From Candidatus Margulisiibacteriota bacterium (GTDB lineage: Bacteria; Margulisbacteria; WOR-1; O2-12-FULL-45-9), in NCBI GenBank assembly GCA_034723395.1, contig JAYEOW010000049.1, positions 1 through 25,883 of the forward strand: a stretch of DNA of 25,883 nt. The letters run 5' to 3'. Position 1 is the first letter of the stretch. Every line of letters starts with the position of its first letter. The notes below the pieces were generated by a model that saw nothing but the letters and a program-made list of their open reading frames with translations, was not told where the DNA came from and made no database searches. Made by a program: the position numbers and the translations under genes. Shown here in pieces: positions 11,050-19,050 of the stretch.

Positions 11050-11163
11050 ATGAAAGTCAGATCGTCGGTAAAAAAAATGTGTGATAAGTGCAAAGTGATT
11101 CGTCGACATGGACGGGTGTATATTATTTGCGAAAACCCGAAGCACAAACAGCGACAAGGGTAA
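11050..11163 (+). CDS. rpmJ: 50S ribosomal protein L36 (absent from the ORF track, below its size cutoff)
   Basis: Hand translation: [37 protein letters not shown]. Confidence 0.97.
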   Translation: MKVRSSVKKMCDKCKVIRRHGRVYIICENPKHKQRQG

Positions 11164-11175
11164 TAGGAGGAAAAT

Positions 11176-11562
11176 ATGGTTCGAATGGTCGGGGTGGATC
11201 TACCACCAAACAAAAATGTTGAGGTTGGGCTGACTTATATTTATGGTATCGGAGGTTCGCTAAGCAAGCTGATCCTGGCTAATGCGAATATAGACCCGAC
11301 AAGAAGGGTAAAGGACCTTACCGATAACGAAGTAGTTGCCTTAAGAGATGCGATCAAAGAATTTCCAGTCGAAGGAGACCTAAGGCAAGAGATCAATAAA
11401 GACGTTAAACGCTTGATTGAGATCGGTACTTATCGCGGCGTCCGGCATAGGAGAGGGCTCCCTTGCCGCGGACAGCGAACAAAAACAAACGCCCGGACCA
11501 GGCGCGGAAAGAGAAAAACGGTCGGTTCGGCAAAGAAAAAAGAAGAAAGAAAGGTGGGTTAA
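11176..11562 (+). CDS. rpsM: 30S ribosomal protein S13
   Basis: [45 protein letters not shown]. Confidence 0.97.
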   Translation: MVRMVGVDLPPNKNVEVGLTYIYGIGGSLSKLILANANIDPTRRVKDLTDNEVVALRDAIKEFPVEGDLRQEINKDVKRLIEIGTYRGVRHRRGLPCRGQRTKTNARTRRGKRKTVGSAKKKEERKVG

Positions 11563-11958
11563 ATGGCTGAAGAAATAGTAAAACCGGTAAAAAAGAAAAA
11601 GCATAAAAAGGTCGCTTCCCTGGGTGTGGCGCATATCAAGGCGACTTTTAACAATACGATCATTTCGATCACTGATAATACGGGCGCGGTTGTTGCCTGG
11701 TCGTCATCGGGAGGAGTCGGTTTTAAAGGGACCAAAAAGGGGACCCCCTTCGCCGCTTCTTCAGCTGCCGAGCTGGCGGCCAGAAAAGCGATCGAGCTTG
11801 GGGTTAGAGAAGTAAATGTATTAGTAAAAGGTCCGGGATCAGGCCGTGAAACAGCGATTCGCTCGCTGCAAGCTGCCGGACTGGAGATTATTTCGATCAA
11901 GGATGTTACTCCGATACCGCATAATGGATGTCGTCCGCCGAAAAGGAGAAGGGTCTGA
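11563..11958 (+). CDS. rpsK: 30S ribosomal protein S11
   Basis: [45 protein letters not shown]. Confidence 0.98.
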   Translation: MAEEIVKPVKKKKHKKVASLGVAHIKATFNNTIISITDNTGAVVAWSSSGGVGFKGTKKGTPFAASSAAELAARKAIELGVREVNVLVKGPGSGRETAIRSLQAAGLEIISIKDVTPIPHNGCRPPKRRRV

Positions 11959-12575
11959 TGGGAAGACATACTAAACCGAATTGTAAGCTTTGCCGCCGCG
12001 AGGGTGGAAAATTATTTTTAAAGGGTGAAAAATGTAATACCGAAAAATGCCCTTTTTCGCGCAGGTCTTACGCCCCAGGGGAGCATGGCAAGAAGCCATC
12101 CCGTCCGTCTGAATACGGGATCCGGCTCAGGGAGAAACAAAAAGGGAGAAGAATTTACGGTTTAACCGAGTCCCAATTCAGGAAGTATTTCCATGAAGCA
12201 GGCAGGAAGAAGGGGGCCACCGGAGAAAAGCTTTTGGAATATTTAGAAAGAAGGTTGGATAACGTAATATTCCGCGCCGGTTTTGCGAATTCAAGAAAAT
12301 TTGCCCGCCAGGCAGTTAAGCATGGCTGGGTGATGGTTAATGGTGGAAAAGTCGATATTCCATCTTTCAGGGTAAAGGTTAACGATGTTGTCAAGGTTAA
12401 CGATAAGTATGTAAAGACGGTTAAGACGGTTATCGAAAAAAATCCGGATAACCAGCCGCCGGTGTGGTTGACCCAAAGCGGGGAAACCGAAATAAAAGTG
12501 GTCTCAATCCCAAAACGGGAAGAGATCGATACCGTATTAGAAGATCATTTGATCGTTGAGCATTATTCGCGATAA
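11958..12575 (+). CDS. rpsD: 30S ribosomal protein S4
   Basis: CKLCRREG, LREKQK, LERRLDN, ARQAVKHG, VDIPS, IVEHYSR. Start placed at ATG 11958 (TGATG overlap with rpsK). Confidence 0.97.
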   Translation: MGRHTKPNCKLCRREGGKLFLKGEKCNTEKCPFSRRSYAPGEHGKKPSRPSEYGIRLREKQKGRRIYGLTESQFRKYFHEAGRKKGATGEKLLEYLERRLDNVIFRAGFANSRKFARQAVKHGWVMVNGGKVDIPSFRVKVNDVVKVNDKYVKTVKTVIEKNPDNQPPVWLTQSGETEIKVVSIPKREEIDTVLEDHLIVEHYSR

Positions 12576-12593
12576 AATCAGGGAGGTAAAAAG

Positions 12594-13541
12594 ATGGTAA
12601 TGATTGGAGAGAAACCGTGGGTGAAGGTAGTAGAAGCAAAGGATAATTATGGACAATTTGTGGTTGAACCTCTTGAGCGGGGCTTTGGGGCGACCGTGGG
12701 AAATTCCCTAAGAAGAGTTTTGCTCTCGTCTCTGACCGGAGCGGCGGTCACCGCAGTTAAGATCGATGGAGTAGACCACCCCTTTGTTACGATCCCCGGA
12801 GTAGTTGAGGATGTATTGCAAATCCTGCTGAATTTAAAAGAGGTTGTTATTCGTTCCCATTCCGAACAGCCAAAGACGGTAAAGTTGAAGGCAAAAGGAA
12901 AGGGTGAGGTAAAAGCAGGAGATATCGAGCATGACGCGGAAATCGAGATCGTAAATCCGGACCATAAGATCGCTACCTTAGACAGTGCGGGAAAAATCAA
13001 TATGGAGCTGATCATCGAAAGAGGGAAAGGTTTTGTTTCGGCAGAGAGGAATAAAAAACCGGGTCTTCCGGTTGGTTTTATCCCAACCGATTCGCTTTTT
13101 ACGCCGATCTTAAAAGTAAATCTTTCCACCGAAGAGGTCCGTGTTGGTCAGGAGATCAATTATGACCGGTTAACTCTTCTGGTCTGGACCAACGGGAGCA
13201 TTAATCCGGAAGAAGCGGTTAAAGAGAGCGCTAAGATCTTGGCCCGCCACGTTGACCTTTTTGTCCATTTAGGAGAGAAAGTCGAGATTCTGGGTGTGGA
13301 GATGGAAAAGAAGCGGGAGACTCCGGAATCGGTGCTGGAAATGACCATTGAAGATCTCGAGCTTTCGGCGAGGTCGCTCAATTGTTTGAAAAACGCTGGA
13401 GTAAACACGGTGGCGGAGCTGATTGCAAACTCAGAGCAGGATCTTATGAAATACAAGAACTTTGGGTCAAAATCATTGACCGAAGTGAGAGAAAAACTTT
13501 CTGAGTACAAGCTGGCATTGAAGGGGGAAGAGGTTGAATGA
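12594..13541 (+). CDS. rpoA: DNA-directed RNA polymerase subunit alpha
   Basis: EPLERGFGATVGNSLRRVLLSSL.G, alpha-CTD IEDLELSARSLNCLK, NFGSKSL; SD GGAGGT. Confidence 0.98.
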   Translation: MVMIGEKPWVKVVEAKDNYGQFVVEPLERGFGATVGNSLRRVLLSSLTGAAVTAVKIDGVDHPFVTIPGVVEDVLQILLNLKEVVIRSHSEQPKTVKLKAKGKGEVKAGDIEHDAEIEIVNPDHKIATLDSAGKINMELIIERGKGFVSAERNKKPGLPVGFIPTDSLFTPILKVNLSTEEVRVGQEINYDRLTLLVWTNGSINPEEAVKESAKILARHVDLFVHLGEKVEILGVEMEKKRETPESVLEMTIEDLELSARSLNCLKNAGVNTVAELIANSEQDLMKYKNFGSKSLTEVREKLSEYKLALKGEEVE

Positions 13542-13888
13542 GGCACCGTACAGGGAACAAAAAACTCGGGAAACCTACTGATCAGAGGATGGCGATGCTT
13601 AAGGCGATCGTCCGTTCCCTCTTCCTGTACGACAGGGTAGAGATTACCTTAAAGCGGGCAAAAGAGGCCCGTAAGATTGCTGAAAAACTGATCACGGCGG
13701 CAAAGAAGAATAACTTGAGCGCGCGTAGAAAGATAGAGTCGGTTATGGGGGAGAAGATGATCGTGACCCATATTTTTAAGACATTCCCGGAAAGGTTTGA
13801 GGGGAGAGCGGGTGGATTTACACGGATCGTTAAAACTGGTTTTCGTAAAGGAGATGCTGCCCCGATGGCGGTGCTGGAATTATTATGA
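13538..13888 (+). CDS. rplQ: 50S ribosomal protein L17
   Basis: MRHR...KLG, AKEAR..AEKLIT, GGFTRI, RKGDAAPMA. Confidence 0.97.
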   Translation: MRHRTGNKKLGKPTDQRMAMLKAIVRSLFLYDRVEITLKRAKEARKIAEKLITAAKKNNLSARRKIESVMGEKMIVTHIFKTFPERFEGRAGGFTRIVKTGFRKGDAAPMAVLELL

Positions 13889-14322
13889 AGAAGAACAAAA
13901 CAGTATATGCAAAAAAAGAGAATGTGACAAGAGATTGGTATCTATTGGATGCTACTGGAATGATCTTAGGGAGAATGGCGACCAAGGTAGCGACCATTCT
14001 TTATGGGAAGCATAAGCCGATCTTTACCCCTTCGGTTGATTGTGGAGATAATGTGGTTATCATCAATGCCGCTAAGGTCCGTTTGAGCGGCCGCAAATCT
14101 TCACAAAAGAGCTATTTTACCCATTCTGGTTATCCGGGAGGGGCGAAGACCTTTACCTTCGATAAAATGATGGAAAAAAGCCCGGAGAAGGTTGTTCGAT
14201 TGGCCGTTTCCGGAATGCTTCCCAAGAACAGGTTGGGGAAGAAGATGATCAAAAAATTAAAGATTTATGTTGATGACAAACATCCGCATAACGCGCATAA
14301 ATTGCAGAAACTGGAGGTTTAA
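13885..14322 (+). CDS. rplM: 50S ribosomal protein L13
   Basis: [39 protein letters not shown]. Confidence 0.97.
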   Translation: MKKNKTVYAKKENVTRDWYLLDATGMILGRMATKVATILYGKHKPIFTPSVDCGDNVVIINAAKVRLSGRKSSQKSYFTHSGYPGGAKTFTFDKMMEKSPEKVVRLAVSGMLPKNRLGKKMIKKLKIYVDDKHPHNAHKLQKLEV

Positions 14323-14326
14323 ATTG

Positions 14327-14902
14327 ATGGCGGAGAAAAAGAAGACAATCAAGGTGAAGAAAAAAAATACTTCAAAAAAGAAGGAAGTAAAGAAAAAAAT
14401 CCCCCCTACTAAAGCTGCGGAGGGCAAGCCGGCGGTTAAAGAAGGAGTCAAGGCGGCTGCGGTGCCGAAATCGGTTTTTAAACCGAAGCCGAAGAAAGAG
14501 AAAGCTCTCAAAGGTCAAAAGTATTATGGTACCGGCCGCCGCAAAGAGGCGGTCGCCAAAGTTTGGCTTGTTCCCGGGAAAGGGAGTATAACCGTAAATG
14601 GAAAAGATTTCTCGCAATATTTTTGCGGAAGAAAATTGCTCGAATTTACTGTTCAGCAGCCGCTTGTGGTCAGCAATGTCCGGCAAAGTTATGACGTGAT
14701 TGCCGAAGCCTTTGGCGGAGGAAATCCCGGCCAGGCGGATGCGGTATCATTGGGCATTGCCCGCGCCTTGCTTGACGTCAGTCCTGATTTTAGAGTAAAA
14801 TTGAAGAGAGAAGGGCTGTTGCGGCGTGACCCGAGAATGAAAGAGCGCAAGAAATACGGACTCAAGGGCGCACGCAGGGCGTTCCAATACACTAAACGAT
14901 AA
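14327..14902 (+). CDS. rpsI: 30S ribosomal protein S9 with about 60-aa Lys-rich N-terminal extension
   Basis: [35 protein letters not shown]. Start placed at ATG 14327 after GGAGG (14313-17). Confidence 0.96.
   Translation: MAEKKKTIKVKKKNTSKKKEVKKKIPPTKAAEGKPAVKEGVKAAAVPKSVFKPKPKKEKALKGQKYYGTGRRKEAVAKVWLVPGKGSITVNGKDFSQYFCGRKLLEFTVQQPLVVSNVRQSYDVIAEAFGGGNPGQADAVSLGIARALLDVSPDFRVKLKREGLLRRDPRMKERKKYGLKGARRAFQYTKR
14404..14428. repeat. degenerate copy of the rpsC-tail element inside the rpsI 5' extension
   Basis: CTAAAGCTGCGGAGGGCAA vs CTAAAGCTTCGGAGGATAA in rpsC (16/19 identical). Confidence 0.5.
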
Positions 14903-14903
14903 G

Positions 14904-15215
14904 ATGAAAAAGCAACCAAGAAACCCGGATTATGAAGAGGGCGGATTGGTCAAGATATCCGGTAAATTCCTGCTTGACCACGAAGAGGATATCCTGAACC
15001 TTGTAAAAAAAGAGGGAAAGCTTGCGGAGGAGAGAAATAATAATTCGCATATTTCAGATATTCAAAAAAATGGTCAGGGAATTTTGCTTAGGGCATCCGA
15101 CCATAATTTAGCAATTCGCATCGGTAAAGCGGTGCATAAAGCATATAAGGGGGAGCTCGATCTAAAATTCCGTGAAGGTGAAAAGTTTGCGGAAGTCATT
15201 TGGAAGAGAGATTGA
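14904..15215 (+). CDS. hypothetical protein resembling the C-terminal domain of BCAM0308-family proteins
   Basis: Recognised from memory of the family pattern: G.V.ISG.FL..H.E.ILNLV...E, D.NLA.RIG.A.H.AYKGEL, V.W.R. No Cys motifs. Starts 1 nt after the rpsI stop. Confidence 0.7.
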   Translation: MKKQPRNPDYEEGGLVKISGKFLLDHEEDILNLVKKEGKLAEERNNNSHISDIQKNGQGILLRASDHNLAIRIGKAVHKAYKGELDLKFREGEKFAEVIWKRD

Positions 15216-15252
15216 TTAACCAGTTTCTCCCGCTATAGAAAGGGTGATATAA

Positions 15253-16407
15253 ATGGCAAAACCACTGAAACAATTCCTGATGATCCCAGGCCCAACTCCG
15301 ATACCTGTCCGTATTCTGGCAGCGATGAACCACGAAATGGTCGGCCACCGCGGCCCCGGATTTTCAAAAATACTGGGAGAAGTTATCGAAGGTTTGAAAT
15401 GGGCTTACCAGACAAAAAATGATGTGATGGTTTTTCCATGTTCAGGGACAGGCGGTCTTGAAGTAGCGGTAGTTAATCTTCTTTCTGCTGGAGACAAAGC
15501 GTTATTTGTAAACATCGGAAATTTTGGCGACCGCTGGGTAAAGATCGCAAAAGCCTACGGGGTAGATGTAATTGACCTTAAAGTTGAGAGAGGGACCGCT
15601 TGTGACCCTAAGGTTTTAGCCGCTGAATTAGCTAAAGACAGTAAAAAAGAGATCAAAGTGGTCTTTATGCAGCAGAATGAGACCTCAACCGGGGTGATTA
15701 ATGATGTCAAGGCATTGGCAGAAATGGTTAGAAAGTCCCATCCTGATGTGGTAATTGCCGTTGACGCGGTTTCTGGCCTTTTGGCTGCCGATCTAAAAAC
15801 TGACGAGTGGGGGCTGGATGTCGTAGTGTCTGGTTCACAAAAAGCGTTTATGGTTCCCCCGGGAATTGCGGCGGTTTCGATGTCCCCGCGCGCCTGGGAA
15901 TATTATGAAAAATCAAAACTTCCCAAACATTATTGGGATATCAAACATCAGAAGAAATTTTCCGATAAAGGCCAAACTTATACCACTCCTCCGGAGTCGA
16001 TCATTTTTGGCATGCACGAAGCGATTAAGATGATTAAAGAAGAGGGGATGCAAGAAATCTTTGATCGGCATGCTAAGGCGCGTGATATTCTTCGCAACGG
16101 GATGAAGGCGATCGGCTGTAAATTGTTGGCTGATGACAACTGTGCTTCACCAGCAGTAACAGCGATATTTCCTCCTGATGGTGTCGATTCCGAAAAGGTC
16201 CGATCAGAGATCCGCAATCAGTTTGGCGTAGAGCTGGCTCCCGGCCAGGGGGATCTTAAAGGTAAACTCTTTAGAATCGGCCATCTCGGTTATTTGGATA
16301 AACTTGAATTAGTAGCCACCATTGGTGCGCTCGAACTGCTCTTTAATCGTTTAGGGGCCAAAGTAGAGATCGGGAAGGGTGTTAAAGCGGCGTTAGAGAC
16401 GATTTAA
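15253..16407 (+). CDS. class V PLP-dependent aminotransferase (alanine-glyoxylate/serine-pyruvate family; possible phosphoserine aminotransferase)
   Basis: LMIPGPTP, SGTGG, NETSTGV, VDAVS, SGSQKA (PLP lysine), FRIGHLG. Confidence 0.92.
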   Translation: MAKPLKQFLMIPGPTPIPVRILAAMNHEMVGHRGPGFSKILGEVIEGLKWAYQTKNDVMVFPCSGTGGLEVAVVNLLSAGDKALFVNIGNFGDRWVKIAKAYGVDVIDLKVERGTACDPKVLAAELAKDSKKEIKVVFMQQNETSTGVINDVKALAEMVRKSHPDVVIAVDAVSGLLAADLKTDEWGLDVVVSGSQKAFMVPPGIAAVSMSPRAWEYYEKSKLPKHYWDIKHQKKFSDKGQTYTTPPESIIFGMHEAIKMIKEEGMQEIFDRHAKARDILRNGMKAIGCKLLADDNCASPAVTAIFPPDGVDSEKVRSEIRNQFGVELAPGQGDLKGKLFRIGHLGYLDKLELVATIGALELLFNRLGAKVEIGKGVKAALETI

Positions 16408-16415
16408 GTACCTTT

Positions 16416-17177
16416 GTGCGGAATATTAAGTTAGTTCTTCAATACGACGGGACCAATTTTTGTGGTTATGAGTTGCAACCGGGAAAGAGATCTGTCCGCG
16501 GAGAGATCGAGAAAGCTCTCCACAAGCTTTTTAAGATAAAAACCAGGATTATCGGCGTTTCACGCACCGATTCGGGAGTTCACGCTATAGCCCAAGTTGT
16601 CAATTTTAAAACCACAAATCAAATCCCAACCAAGCGGATTCCTGCGGCCTTGAACAGTTGTCTGAAAGATGATATTAGGATACTAGGCGCTGAAGAAAAG
16701 GGGAAAGAGTTTAATTCCCGCTACGCGGCAAAGAGTAAAGAATATGAATACCTGATTTTTAATGGTGCTATTATCCCCCCTTCGGTCCGACGGGTCGCCT
16801 GGCATATAAAATATAAGCTTGATCTGGCTGCGATGAAGGAAGCGGCCAAGATATTAGTTGGCAAGCACGATTTTTCATCTTTTTGCGCGTCAAGATCCGA
16901 CGATAAAAATTTTGTTAAGCGAATTTATAAGTTGTCAATTAAGAAACGAAAGCTTGCTGTTTTCTCCGGAGAGAAGATCGATCTGGTCAGTGTCCGGGTA
17001 AAAGGGGATGGGTTTCTGTATAAGATGGTCAGGAATATGGTAGGGACATTGATGGAGGTGGGGTTAGGGAATAAAATCACAAGTGATATTAAAAATATAT
17101 TATACGGCCGCAATCGTCGATTGGCCGGGAGAACCGCGCCTTCACACGGCCTATGTCTCATTAAAGTGCATTATTAA
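16416..17177 (+). CDS. truA: tRNA pseudouridine(38-40) synthase TruA
   Basis: YDGTNFCG, SRTDSGVHA (catalytic Asp), GKHDFSSF, FLYKMVRNMVG, TAPSHGL; GTG start. Confidence 0.96.
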   Translation: MRNIKLVLQYDGTNFCGYELQPGKRSVRGEIEKALHKLFKIKTRIIGVSRTDSGVHAIAQVVNFKTTNQIPTKRIPAALNSCLKDDIRILGAEEKGKEFNSRYAAKSKEYEYLIFNGAIIPPSVRRVAWHIKYKLDLAAMKEAAKILVGKHDFSSFCASRSDDKNFVKRIYKLSIKKRKLAVFSGEKIDLVSVRVKGDGFLYKMVRNMVGTLMEVGLGNKITSDIKNILYGRNRRLAGRTAPSHGLCLIKVHY

Positions 17178-17178
17178 C

Positions 17179-17196
17179 ATGTGAATCATTTCACAA
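17179..17196. promoter_or_regulatory. palindromic operator, Rex-box or CRP/FNR-family site
   Basis: ATGTGAA-TCAT-TTCACAA; contains an exact TGTGA-N6-TCACA. Confidence 0.6.
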
Positions 17197-17212
17197 ACTA
17201 GTAAAATTGTTG

Positions 17213-17240
17213 TTTACATCTTCCTGTTTGGTGGTATAAT
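17213..17240 (+). promoter_or_regulatory. sigma70-type promoter for serA
   Basis: TTTACA (17213-18), 16-nt spacer, extended -10 TGgTATAAT (17232-40); SD GGAGG before ATG 17266. Confidence 0.65.
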
Positions 17241-17265
17241 CTTGATTGAAGGGGAGGGGAATTAA

Positions 17266-18846
17266 ATGAAAGTATTAGCCTCTGATAAAATTGCCGAAGT
17301 CGGGTTGGAGATGCTCAAGGATGCCGGGATAGAGGGGGAGATGAACACCGGGTTATCCGAAGCTGAATTGGTAAAAATTATACCCCAGTATGACGCGCTG
17401 GTCGTTCGTTCTGGCACCAAAGTTACTCCTAAAATTATAGAAGCGGGCAAAAAATTAAAGATCATTGGCCGGGCAGGGGTCGGCGTTGATAACGTGGATC
17501 TTTCTACCGCCACTAAAAACGGAGTTATCGTCGTCAATTCTCCGGAAGGAAATACGGTGGCGGCTGCGGAGCACAGTTGGGCGATGCTTTTGGCGATGGC
17601 CAGGCAGATCCCGCAGGCTTATTCGAAATTAAAGGCGGGGAATTGGGACCGTAAATCATTCAAAGGGATCGAAGTTCTAAATAAAACCTTAGGCGTGGTC
17701 GGGCTAGGAAAGATCGGCCGCCGGGTAGCTTCTTACGCTTTAGGGATGGGGATGAAGGTTATTGCTTTTGACCCGTTTGTTACCGATGAATATGCAAAAA
17801 GTTTGGGAATTGAGCTGAAAAAACTGGAAAATATTATTGAAGAGTCGGATTTTATCACCTTCCATATCCCAAAGACCAAAGAGACCGCAAACATGATTAA
17901 CAAAGATACGATCGCCAAGATGAAGAAAGGGGTCCGGCTGGTAAATGTCGCCCGCGGCGGGATCATAAATGAACAAGACCTTTATGAAGCTTTAAAAAGC
18001 GGGAAAGTAACCGCGGCAGCTTTAGACGTGTTCGAAAAAGAGCCGCTCCCCGCAGATAGCCCATTATTAACCTTAGACAATATTATTGTAACTCCTCACT
18101 TGGGGGCTTCGACCGTTGAAGCCCAGGTGAATGTTGCGGTCGATGTAGTCGAACAGATCATCGAAGTGTTAAAGGGAGGGGCCGCCCGTTCGGCAGTAAA
18201 CATTCCTTCGATGAAACCCGAACTGATCACTCCGGTTAAGCCCTTTATGGGGATTGCCGAAAAACTTGGAGCTTTAGCGTCGCAAATTATGCCGGGTGCA
18301 GTTTCTAAAGTAATTGTAGAATATTCCGGAGAAGTGGCCGAAAATGATATTTCCCCGCTGACTACGACCGTGCTTAAAGGATTGTTGGCCCCGATGATGG
18401 ACGTAGCAGTTAATTTTGTTAATGCGCCGCTGATCGCAAAGGAGCGCGGGATCGAAATAGTGGAGAGCAAAAATAAAGTGTCAAAGGATTTTGCCAGCCT
18501 GATCTCGGTTAAGATAAATTCTTCCAAAGGCGACCGCGAGGTAGGAGGGACGGTTTTTGAGGGGATGGGGGACCGGCTGGTAGTGATCGACGGATTTAGG
18601 GTGGACGCGGCTCCGGAAGGTTATATGTTGATCATTTCGAATACCGATAAGCCGGGGATGATAGGCAAGGTAGGGACATTTTTGGGCGAACACAAGATTA
18701 ATATCGCGTCGATGGATGTTGGCAGGCTAAAAATAAAAGACAAAGCAGTAATGGTCTTAAACGTAGATAATAGCGTTTCGGACAAGGTCCTTGCCGAAAT
18801 AGGTAAGCTCGACGGCATCTTCGGGGCGACTTTGGTTAAGTTATAA
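17266..18846 (+). CDS. serA: D-3-phosphoglycerate dehydrogenase (long form with ASB and ACT domains)
   Basis: VRSGTKVT, GRAGVGVDN, GLGKIG, NVARGG, DVFEKEP, TPHLGAST.EAQ, ACT NTDKPGMIGKVG; 526 aa. Confidence 0.96.
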   Translation: MKVLASDKIAEVGLEMLKDAGIEGEMNTGLSEAELVKIIPQYDALVVRSGTKVTPKIIEAGKKLKIIGRAGVGVDNVDLSTATKNGVIVVNSPEGNTVAAAEHSWAMLLAMARQIPQAYSKLKAGNWDRKSFKGIEVLNKTLGVVGLGKIGRRVASYALGMGMKVIAFDPFVTDEYAKSLGIELKKLENIIEESDFITFHIPKTKETANMINKDTIAKMKKGVRLVNVARGGIINEQDLYEALKSGKVTAAALDVFEKEPLPADSPLLTLDNIIVTPHLGASTVEAQVNVAVDVVEQIIEVLKGGAARSAVNIPSMKPELITPVKPFMGIAEKLGALASQIMPGAVSKVIVEYSGEVAENDISPLTTTVLKGLLAPMMDVAVNFVNAPLIAKERGIEIVESKNKVSKDFASLISVKINSSKGDREVGGTVFEGMGDRLVVIDGFRVDAAPEGYMLIISNTDKPGMIGKVGTFLGEHKINIASMDVGRLKIKDKAVMVLNVDNSVSDKVLAEIGKLDGIFGATLVKL

Positions 18847-18852
18847 TTTTAT

Positions 18853-19050
18853 TTAGTCGAAAAACAGGGTCAACTTAGCGTGTTCTATCGAATATGGGAT
18901 GTCTGTGTAAGCGATATATCCTTCGTAATGCAGTCCTTCTTTTGAGGCGATGGTTTCTCCTAGGCTGGCAAGCTTGTTTCTTTCTTCCGGGACTTTGAGG
19001 TTAATGGTTTCCGGGACCTCTTTGATCACTGTGCATTCACTTGTTCGCAT
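18853..19050 (-). CDS. small hypothetical protein (65 aa), translationally coupled to EF-G2
   Basis: ATG overlaps the EF-G2 stop (TAATG); GGAGGAGGAGGT lies about 11 nt upstream; exactly fills the gap to serA. Confidence 0.65.
   Translation of the reverse strand: MRTSECTVIKEVPETINLKVPEERNKLASLGETIASKEGLHYEGYIAYTDIPYSIEHAKLTLFFD

Noticed and set aside
251..14919. Many 60-160-aa minus-strand ORFs opposite ribosomal genes
   Set aside because: Antisense shadows of conserved genes, with no recognisable motifs or independent signals.
15224..15241. Possible terminator TTTCT-CCCGCTAT-AGAAA after the BCAM0308-like gene
   Set aside because: Weak AT-rich 5-bp stem with no U-tract; it runs into the next gene's SD.
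17201..17217. GTAAA-N7-TTTAC inverted repeat as an NtcA-like site
   Set aside because: Spacing does not fit GTA-N8-TAC, and a 5-bp match is expected by chance in AT-rich DNA.
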